A DNA stretch of 9,183 nucleotides from Candidatus Odinarchaeia archaeon. Lineage in GTDB: Archaea; Asgardarchaeota; Odinarchaeia; Odinarchaeales; Odinarchaeaceae. A program made the position numbers and the translations under genes. The notes beneath the pieces are model-generated. The model searched no databases and was not told the DNA's origin. It worked only from the letters and a program-made list of their open reading frames with translations. The DNA lies in contig JAHQXC010000054.1 of the NCBI GenBank assembly GCA_029856525.1, positions 1 through 9,183 of the forward strand, given 5' to 3'. Each line of letters starts with the position of its first letter. The first letter of the stretch is position 1. This document shows positions 1-6,108 of the stretch, piece by piece.

Positions 1-1008
1 CTCGTCTTCTATTATGAGATTGTAGGCTACAATATTAGAAGAGGATTTAACAAGCCTGATCAGGCTTTTAACATTAAACTCTTCTAATATGATTTGAATA
101 TTTTCTAAGAAGTCTAGTAGAACCGGTTCAAGACCTCTCCGCTTCGAGACGGTGAAAGATATAGGCAGAGGCTTAGAGGATTTAAAGTGAATCAGGCTTC
201 CGTGAGCGCCGTATAAGCCTGCTAGAAAGTTTCTCTTAACCCATAAAGGTGAGTTTAAAACCCATCCTGGAATCTTAAACTCCTCTCTAGTCCCTTGCTT
301 GATAGGCAACCCTAGCTTATTTAATAGTAAGCTGAATGAATTCGATGAGACTTTCACAGTTAACTCGCGTAGTTTACTTTCACCTGTTTTAACACACCTT
401 CTCTTAGAGTGGATTATAGAATATTTAACCTTCAATCCCTCTAAGTCTTTTAACAATTCTTCTATGTCAGATTCGAGTATGCGAATGTAAAGAGTATACC
501 GGGGGCGGCTGGATTCAGATTCCACTATAAAGCCTTTCCCTAGAGCGTAGCCTAGCAGCCTCGCGAGAACACCGGTCTTAGAATCACCTGTTTTTAATGG
601 GATTAAACCCTTCTCTTTTAAGTATTTAACTACGAGTTTACCGTGCTCTCTAAAATCGCCTTCATCTAAAATAGCTGAATCATTATCCGCGTATTCTACT
701 CCTTCAAACGGGTTTACGATAAGATAGTCGCCTTCCCTAATCTCTTTCAAAGGTTTATATCCTTTAGAAGTTAGAACCGGGTGATCTAAGCTTCCTTCAA
801 TAACCCGGCCGCCCTGCGTTTTAACCTTCACCGCGGTTTCCCCGTCGCCTACACCGCGTTTAGATATGAATAAAATCTTAGTTGAATCATTATGGCCTTC
901 AATATCATTATATATTTTTATTCGTTCAACACTAGCTCTACCGGCTAATTCTCCGAGTCGAATCCAGTAACCGTTCTCTGATAGTATCCTCGAGTCAGGG
1001 CTTAGACA
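1..1008 (-). mobile_element. Intein in RtcB with a LAGLIDADG-type homing endonuclease domain whose catalytic residues are degenerate; C-terminal splice junction is outside the window
   Basis: After N101 the frame continues CLSPDSRIL (block A, Cys1 at 1006-1008), then [14 protein letters not shown] (block B, His at 781-783), [12 protein letters not shown] (block C, 532-564) and [12 protein letters not shown] (block E, 199-231). The insertion point directly before the RtcB active-site Cys matches the known archaeal RtcB intein site (e.g. Pyrococcus horikoshii). Confidence 0.95.
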
Positions 1009-1311
1009 GTTAATATCATAGCCTACACCTCCAGGTGAGATAACCCCTGTAGAGTAGTCTGTGGCAGCTACACCCCCTATCGGGAAACCGTAACCTTGAT
1101 GAGCGTCCGGCATAGCTAACGCGTGTTTGAGAACACCGGGCAGACATGCGACATTCGCCAGCTGCTCTAATGTAAGATCCTGTTTAACATGCTCTAATAA
1201 ATCCTCGTCAACGTAGATTACACCGGGAACCCTCATACAATCCTTATATGTTTTAGGGATCTGCCAGGTGTTATCGTCTATTTTATTTAAAGGAACCCTT
1301 TCACTGGACAT
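1..1311 (-). CDS. rtcB: RNA-splicing ligase RtcB precursor containing an intein; partial, 3' end lies beyond the window edge; not in the supplied ORF track
   Basis: Manual translation from ATG at 1311 gives 437 stop-free codons down to base 1. N-extein reads [35 protein letters not shown]...[10 protein letters not shown]...[18 protein letters not shown]...[11 protein letters not shown]. [14 protein letters not shown] and [10 protein letters not shown](C) are RtcB signature motifs. An AGAGGAGGAG RBS lies 9 nt upstream of the ATG. Confidence 0.97.
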   Translation of the reverse strand, partial: MSSERVPLNKIDDNTWQIPKTYKDCMRVPGVIYVDEDLLEHVKQDLTLEQLANVACLPGVLKHALAMPDAHQGYGFPIGGVAATDYSTGVISPGGVGYDINCLSPDSRILSENGYWIRLGELAGRASVERIKIYNDIEGHNDSTKILFISKRGVGDGETAVKVKTQGGRVIEGSLDHPVLTSKGYKPLKEIREGDYLIVNPFEGVEYADNDSAILDEGDFREHGKLVVKYLKEKGLIPLKTGDSKTGVLARLLGYALGKGFIVESESSRPRYTLYIRILESDIEELLKDLEGLKVKYSIIHSKRRCVKTGESKLRELTVKVSSNSFSLLLNKLGLPIKQGTREEFKIPGWVLNSPLWVKRNFLAGLYGAHGSLIHFKSSKPLPISFTVSKRRGLEPVLLDFLENIQIILEEFNVKSLIRLVKSSSNIVAYNLIIEDE

Positions 1312-1320
1312 TATCTATCT

Positions 1321-1330
1321 CTCCTCCTCT
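1321..1330 (-). promoter_or_regulatory. Shine-Dalgarno-like sequence for rtcB
   Basis: Minus strand reads AGAGGAGGAG, 9 nt before the ATG at 1311. Confidence 0.55.
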
Positions 1331-1508
1331 TACAATAAGCGATATTAGAATATTAATATTAGCTTTACTTTGAGAAAGAATATTTTTTAAAATTTTAAAA
1401 CTGTAAAAAAGTTATTTGAAACAGGATCTGACAGCCGGTTTAAAGAGTCTGCGAGTATTCTAAGCTAAATATTTAAAATGAAAAATTATTTTTAAACTTT
1501 ACTTTAAT

Positions 1509-1515
1509 AAAAAAA
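1509..1515 (-). terminator. Candidate archaeal oligo-T terminator after gap
   Basis: T7 run on the minus strand about 15 nt after the gap stop codon, within very AT-rich sequence. Confidence 0.4.
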
Positions 1516-1529
1516 TTAAATGAAATATT

Positions 1530-2552
1530 TTATTTATACAGGGAGCCGTAGACTATGCCTAAAGAAGCGTCTGTTTTCTTAATACTCTCCTCTTTAGACA
1601 TTAATTTATTCATGGATCTTATAGCATCTATGTTTTCAGGTTGAACTATAGCCTCCTGGTGGACAGCGTAGACTAGGTAACCCCAACCGTCTTTCACGTT
1701 TATAGTATCCTCCCACATAACGACTTCAGGTAGATCGTAGCGTGGCCTGCCTAGGTCTCTTGCAAGCTCCACCACGGTGTTGGTTGAAGTTAAACCGTGC
1801 TCGCCTTTCACGAGAACTATGCGGCGAGTATTCTTCATAAGCTCTACGAGCTCCTCTCGACTAGTATCCTTTTTAAACTCTACAATTAATGTGTGAAGAT
1901 GCATGAGAGTGGTTGGTACAACTACAGCTAAACTCTCTATTTTTATATCAGGTATCACCGTGTTTAAATCAGGTCCATGATGGCTTGGAATCTTCATCTC
2001 AGGTTGAATACCGTTCACAAGTCCTTTAACCTCTTTAGGATCACAGGTCCGTCTTATCAAAACAACTTTAGCCTGTTTAACACCGATATTAGAGTGCAGC
2101 GCGTGGAGGACGCGGCTTAAACCAGTGGTGTTGCATGAAACAACTCGGACGATTCTCTTACCCCAGGCTTGATCGAAATTAGCTTGAGCGTTAAAACTAA
2201 CCTCAGCTATGTTAGCTTTCTCCCCGCCTTGAAAGATCATCTTCACACCAGCCTCCTCGTAGAGAGGCTTATTCTCAGCTCCTTTCTTTCCAGGCGAGGT
2301 GTCGACTATTATATCGATTTTACTAAGTAAGTCTTTTATAGTTCCCTCAACTTTAAAACCGGCTTTCTCGAAGTTAGCTAAATCAGCTTCACTGTGCGCG
2401 TAGACTTTAATGCCCTTACTTTTAGCAAGATAAGCGCTGTAGTCAGGGGTTGTTTTAGATATTCCTACAAGCTTCATATCATCTGATTTTAAAACAGCTT
2501 CAGCTACACGTTTACCTATAGTCCCATATCCGGCTACACCGACTTTTATCAT
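1530..2552 (-). CDS. gap: Archaeal class II phosphorylating glyceraldehyde-3-phosphate dehydrogenase
   Basis: Rossmann motif GVAGYGTIGKRVA; GISKTTPDY; IFQGGEKA; catalytic RVVSCNTTGL; PSHHGPD; MHLH; HQEAIVQPENIDAIR. I place the start at ATG 2552 rather than the track's GTG 2561, because that GTG is part of an AGGTGA RBS (2558-2563) sitting 5 nt upstream of the ATG. Confidence 0.97.
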   Translation of the reverse strand: MIKVGVAGYGTIGKRVAEAVLKSDDMKLVGISKTTPDYSAYLAKSKGIKVYAHSEADLANFEKAGFKVEGTIKDLLSKIDIIVDTSPGKKGAENKPLYEEAGVKMIFQGGEKANIAEVSFNAQANFDQAWGKRIVRVVSCNTTGLSRVLHALHSNIGVKQAKVVLIRRTCDPKEVKGLVNGIQPEMKIPSHHGPDLNTVIPDIKIESLAVVVPTTLMHLHTLIVEFKKDTSREELVELMKNTRRIVLVKGEHGLTSTNTVVELARDLGRPRYDLPEVVMWEDTINVKDGWGYLVYAVHQEAIVQPENIDAIRSMNKLMSKEESIKKTDASLGIVYGSLYK

Positions 2553-2586
2553 ATTCTTCACCTGTTACATATTTTAAAACAGGTTT

Positions 2587-2600
2587 CTTAAAAAGCTTAT
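2587..2600 (-). promoter_or_regulatory. Candidate BRE/TATA promoter for gap
   Basis: Minus strand reads ATAAGCTTTTTAAG, about 35 nt upstream of the ATG; implies a short leader containing the RBS. Pattern match only. Confidence 0.35.
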
Positions 2601-2643
2601 AATATGGTTTACAGGTTTAATCTGATGTTTTAAACTTTGAATC

Positions 2644-3393
2644 CTAATAGAATAATCTTTCACCCGGCTTATAGATTAAATCCATGTGATTTGAAAGAGC
2701 AGGCGACAGTTTTAAACCTCTCACTATCACTGCGGGAATGCTTTCATCAGATTCACCTATAACTAGCTCCGCCGCAGAGGCGATTTCATCCGCTATAGCG
2801 ATCTCCGTGGCTTTCAACTCATATCCGAATATGTCTTTTCTACCTTTATAACTGATAACGGCTGGTATACCCGCCAAGCCGAGGCAGACACCGACCGCTC
2901 CTCTCCTTAAAGCTCTTCCATGCGTATCCGAGATTATAACTCCGATTTGAATATGAAGTTTTTCTTCTATAAATTTACGGATTTCTTCACAGATTTTATC
3001 CGGGTTCACAGGTGGGAGTATAAGATACTCTCCGTGATAAGAGTTTGAACGGTCTACACCAGCGTTCGCGCATATAAAGCCTAGTTTATTCTCTGTTATC
3101 AAATGTTTACTTGTACTTTTAATTATTCTATTAGATTCGTCGAGGATTACCTGTATCTTCCTAGGGTCCTCTCCCATTTTACCCGCTATCTTCAAAGCTC
3201 TCCTACCAGGTTTAATATTCTCTAAGTTTACTAGGCGGCCTGTCGCCCTAGAGACTATTTTATGAGCTATTACGAGTATATCACCGTCTAAAATCTTTAA
3301 AGGATGATTCTTCACAGCATCCCATATTATTTGAATAATATCGTCGCCAGGTTTCACCACTGGGATACCGGTTACCGGGATTATCTGAATCAT
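2644..3393 (-). CDS. cofE: Coenzyme F420-0:L-glutamate ligase family protein (CofE)
   Basis: GIPVVKPGDDI, DGDILVIAHKIVSRATG, CANAGVDRSN, IISDTHGRALRRGAVGV, ADEIASAAELVIGE and PAVIVRG match CofE motifs, and the metal ligands (D in NAGVD, DT, E in IGE) are retained. Start placed at ATG 3393, with an AGGTG RBS (3400-3404) overlapping the upstream stop codon; the track's start is GTG 3402. Confidence 0.9.
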   Translation of the reverse strand: MIQIIPVTGIPVVKPGDDIIQIIWDAVKNHPLKILDGDILVIAHKIVSRATGRLVNLENIKPGRRALKIAGKMGEDPRKIQVILDESNRIIKSTSKHLITENKLGFICANAGVDRSNSYHGEYLILPPVNPDKICEEIRKFIEEKLHIQIGVIISDTHGRALRRGAVGVCLGLAGIPAVISYKGRKDIFGYELKATEIAIADEIASAAELVIGESDESIPAVIVRGLKLSPALSNHMDLIYKPGERLFY

Positions 3394-3402
3394 GAAAAAC
3401 AC

Positions 3403-4032
3403 CTAAACCATGTATCCTCTAATTTTACTTATACACTTATCGTAGTCTCTACGCGTGTTAATTTTCAACAGGCAATCTAGTTTAGGGTTAAACTTCTCTA
3501 TAACCATGGTTGAAAAATAGAGAACCTTAGGGATTTTTAAAATCACGCTGTCTAAATCTGTTTTACCCTCTGATAAAACTTCTAGAATACTTTTACGCAG
3601 CGGTTCTCGACGATAAACCGCGAATAAGGGCTCTGCTAATCCGTTAGGCCATCTAGGGATCACAGCGTTATGGTCTCCTAAAGATTTGATTAAAACATCT
3701 ATAATATTCAAGTCGACTAAAGGTGTATCACAGGATAAAGCGAAGAAGAAAGGTTCATTCACCTGTTCAGCGGCGGTTAAAAGCCCTGTGATAGGCTCAC
3801 CCTTATCTTTCGCAGCGTCCTCTAGGATTGTCACATTTTTTACAAGGTTTTTAATTTTTAAAGCATCCTCCGAGTTTTCAACAACCACGTAGATACCGGT
3901 GAAATACTGTTTAACCCTGCTTACAACATATTCTATTAGCGTAGTGGAGTCGAATCTTAAAAACGCTTTATTCAAGCCGAAGGGGTTTGGCCCCCCGCTG
4001 CATAAAATAATAATAGCGCTTATATCCGCCAC
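3403..4032 (-). CDS. mobA: MobA-like NTP transferase (molybdenum cofactor guanylyltransferase family) with divergent nucleotide-binding motifs
   Basis: NKAFL...LIEYV, EPITGLLTA, FALSCDTPLV, NGLAEPLFAVY and INTRRDY follow the MobA motif order. The N-terminal LAGGxSxRMG loop reads LCSGGPNPFG. GTG 4032 is the only usable start, since there is an in-frame TAA at 4051-4053. Family is well supported; exact function is less certain. Confidence 0.7.
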   Translation of the reverse strand: MADISAIIILCSGGPNPFGLNKAFLRFDSTTLIEYVVSRVKQYFTGIYVVVENSEDALKIKNLVKNVTILEDAAKDKGEPITGLLTAAEQVNEPFFFALSCDTPLVDLNIIDVLIKSLGDHNAVIPRWPNGLAEPLFAVYRREPLRKSILEVLSEGKTDLDSVILKIPKVLYFSTMVIEKFNPKLDCLLKINTRRDYDKCISKIRGYMV

Positions 4033-4108
4033 CGCGTTTTTATTTAAGTGTTAAATAAGATTAAGTATTACCAACTATAATTTATAACTTTGCTAGGTGG
4101 ATTACATA
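4033..4108. promoter_or_regulatory. Compact divergent promoter region between mobA-like and apgM
   Basis: Plus-strand TTTATAAC at 4081-4088, about 28 nt before ATG 4109. Minus-strand TTATTTAA at 4058-4051, about 26 nt before GTG 4032. Both spacings fit short-leader or leaderless transcripts. Confidence 0.4.
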
Positions 4109-5446
4109 ATGGATGTTAGAAAGATCGTTTTAATAGTTTGCGATGGAATGTCTGATAGAGCCGTTAAATCTTTAGGCGGGAGAACACCTTTAGAATACGC
4201 TGAAACCCCTAACCTAGACAAGCTGGCGGAGATAGGGTGCACAGGGGTTTTAGATATTTTAAACCCTGGTGTCCCCCCTGGAAGCGATTCCGCTCACCTA
4301 GCTTTATTCGGATATGATCCTGAAAGATACTATCCTGGGAGGGGGGCGATAGAGGCTTTAGGCGCGAATATACCTGTCAGCGAAGGCTCCTTAGCGTGTA
4401 GATTTAATTTATCCACGGTGGCTGAAAAAAATATAAGCGGCGGGGTTAGCCTTATTGTTAAAGATAGAAGAGCCGGCAGGGTTAGCAGTGAAGAAGCTGA
4501 GAAGCTTATAAAGTCTCTTCAAATAGAGTTGAATAATTTCAACAATGTGAAGGTTAAAGTAATACCTAACGTTGAACACCGTGGTATACTCGTAGTTGAA
4601 GGTGATGGTTTAAGCGGTGATATAACTGACAGTGACCCTCATGAAGTTGAAAGCTGCGTGAACAGGTGTGAGCCTCTTTCAAACGCTCATGATTTTAAAG
4701 CCGCTGAGTATACGGCTGAAATAATTAATGAAATCGTTAAAACATCTTACCGTATTCTTAAAAACCATGAGATTAATAAGCTGAGAGTGGAGAAGGGTCT
4801 ACCCGCAGCGAATATAATTCTACCCAGAGGAGCCGGGATTGTTAGAAGAGTTGAGCCTTTCACTAAAGTATGGGGGTTGAAAGCCGCTTGCATAGCTAAA
4901 CTCGCATTATACCGTGGAGTGGCCAGATACATTGGAATGGATGTTTACGATGTCCCTGAAGCCACCGGGACAGTTAACACTAACGTTGAAGCTAAATTCA
5001 GGAAAGCGGTTGAATTACTAAAAGAATACGATTTTGTTTTCGTTCATATAAAGGGAGCTGATTCAGCCAGCCATGATAAGAAGCCTCTAGAGAAGGTGAA
5101 GATGATTGAGAGAATAGACTCAGCTTTTAAAATAATAATGGAGAATGTAGTATATGAGGGCGACGCGGTTGTAGCTGTAACCTCAGATCACTCAACGTCA
5201 AGTGAACTTGGAATCCACATAGGGGATCCGCCTGCGCTAGCAGTTTACGCGCCTGATATTGTATCAGATAACGTGAAACATTTTAATGAGAGAGCGGTTT
5301 TAAACGGCGGTCTTGGAAGAGTGAAAGCTGTAGATCTTATGAGAATCCTTTTAAACTATGCGTGTAGGAGTCTAGAATACGGGTTGAAGCCTAGCAGGGA
5401 GAGTAGAATTTACCGTTCAACCGAGTGCTCTCCACTAGTAATATAA
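4109..5446 (+). CDS. apgM: 2,3-bisphosphoglycerate-independent phosphoglycerate mutase, archaeal type
   Basis: IVCDGMSDR, GRTPLEYAETPNLDKLA, PGSDSAHLALFGYDP (phosphoserine motif), YPGRGAIEALG, HIKGADSASHD, TSDHST and HIGDP. ATG 4109 is preferred because the track's GTG 4097 lies within an AGGTGG RBS-like motif (4095-4100). Confidence 0.96.
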   Translation: MDVRKIVLIVCDGMSDRAVKSLGGRTPLEYAETPNLDKLAEIGCTGVLDILNPGVPPGSDSAHLALFGYDPERYYPGRGAIEALGANIPVSEGSLACRFNLSTVAEKNISGGVSLIVKDRRAGRVSSEEAEKLIKSLQIELNNFNNVKVKVIPNVEHRGILVVEGDGLSGDITDSDPHEVESCVNRCEPLSNAHDFKAAEYTAEIINEIVKTSYRILKNHEINKLRVEKGLPAANIILPRGAGIVRRVEPFTKVWGLKAACIAKLALYRGVARYIGMDVYDVPEATGTVNTNVEAKFRKAVELLKEYDFVFVHIKGADSASHDKKPLEKVKMIERIDSAFKIIMENVVYEGDAVVAVTSDHSTSSELGIHIGDPPALAVYAPDIVSDNVKHFNERAVLNGGLGRVKAVDLMRILLNYACRSLEYGLKPSRESRIYRSTECSPLVI

Positions 5447-5493
5447 GAGTACTGGAATGTTTAAATCCCGGTATTCTTATATTATTATCCAGT

Positions 5494-5505
5494 AAAATTT
5501 ATAAT
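5494..5505 (+). promoter_or_regulatory. Candidate BRE/TATA for a leaderless Lrp/LysM transcript
   Basis: AAAATTTATAAT, with the first T of TTTATAAT (5498) 31 nt before ATG 5529, the typical archaeal leaderless spacing. Confidence 0.5.
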
Positions 5506-5528
5506 TTTCAGCGGCGGAGTGTATTAAT

Positions 5529-5978
5529 ATGCTGATAGATGACGTCGACCAGAGGATAATCGAGTATTTAATGAAGAATTCAAGAGCCTCTTATAGTGAG
5601 ATAGCTTCAGCTTTAAAAGCGGAGAATATTAATCTCACAGAGGGGGCTGTTAGAAAAAGAGTGAGGAGACTTGTTGAAAAAGGGGTAATCGAACAGTTCA
5701 CAATTCAATTAGGCCACGGACTTGGTGTTAAAGCGATAATACTAGTCCGCCTCTCACCTCAAAAACCAGCAGCAGACGCGGCTAAAGAGATTATGAAGAT
5801 TAAAGGAGTTGAACGAGTCTATGATATAGCTGGCCCGTATGATATTCTCGTGATCGTTAAATTCGCGGAGGTGCAGTCTCTTAACAGCTGCATAGATGCT
5901 ATGCGAAGTATTGAAGGAATATCATCTACTACTACTTTCTTAGTGTTGAAAGAAAGACAGGTATTGAATAAGGATTAA
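5529..5978 (+). CDS. lysM: Lrp/AsnC family transcriptional regulator, LysM-like
   Basis: N-terminal HTH (IDDVDQRII...YSEIA...TEGAVRKRVRRLVEKGVIEQFTI) plus a RAM/AsnC domain (AIILV..PQKP...KIKGVERVYDIAGPYDILVIV...NSCIDAMRSIEGI). From memory this resembles Sulfolobus LysM, and it sits directly upstream of homocitrate synthase. Family is certain; the LysM assignment is inferred. Confidence 0.75.
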   Translation: MLIDDVDQRIIEYLMKNSRASYSEIASALKAENINLTEGAVRKRVRRLVEKGVIEQFTIQLGHGLGVKAIILVRLSPQKPAADAAKEIMKIKGVERVYDIAGPYDILVIVKFAEVQSLNSCIDAMRSIEGISSTTTFLVLKERQVLNKD

Positions 5979-6043
5979 AAAGGCTTAAACGCGAATAAAA
6001 ATTAAATTTTAGATAAATTTTTAAAACTTTTTTTACCGAATAA

Positions 6044-6056
6044 GAAAGTTTAAATA
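6044..6056 (+). promoter_or_regulatory. BRE/TATA promoter for the hcs-hacA-hacB operon
   Basis: GAAAG followed by TTTAAATA (6049-6056) predicts a TSS near 6079. A GAGGT RBS at 6096-6100 lies 8 nt before TTG 6109. Confidence 0.55.
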
Positions 6057-6108
6057 GGGATACATAACAACAAATAATACTAGTTCTTAAAAGTAGAGGT
6101 ACACGCAT

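Noticed and set aside
299-490. 63-aa plus-strand ORF from the track
   Set aside because: Antisense shadow of the rtcB intein frame; no recognisable motif.
380-598. Repeated TCACCTGTTTT(T)AA inside the intein, resembling the gap upstream repeat
   Set aside because: Both copies encode K-T-G-(D/E) with common codons; too short to support a regulatory or duplication claim.
1349-1360. 12-bp perfect palindrome AATATTAATATT upstream of rtcB
   Set aside because: All-AT palindrome in a region that is about 90% AT; expected by chance and may simply be TATA-like sequence.
3686-3892. 68-aa plus-strand ORF
   Set aside because: Lies wholly antisense to the MobA-like gene; no independent evidence.
4747-4932. 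61-aa minus-strand ORF
   Set aside because: Antisense within apgM; no motif.
4109-5446. Eight cysteines in ApgM, including SCVNRC, as a redox switch
   Set aside because: No recognised redox or metal motif, and conservation cannot be tested here.
5450-5494. TACTGGA...TCCAGTA inverted repeat between apgM and lysM
   Set aside because: Only 7 bp with a 31-nt spacer and no following U-tract; weak as either terminator or operator.
5494-6010. AAAATT-N-AATTTT palindromes near both the lysM (5494-5508) and hcs (5998-6010) promoters as a shared LysM site
   Set aside because: Spacers differ (3 versus 1 nt), the motif is all A/T, and it does not resemble the Sulfolobus LysM box as I recall it (GGTTC/GTACC-type arms).
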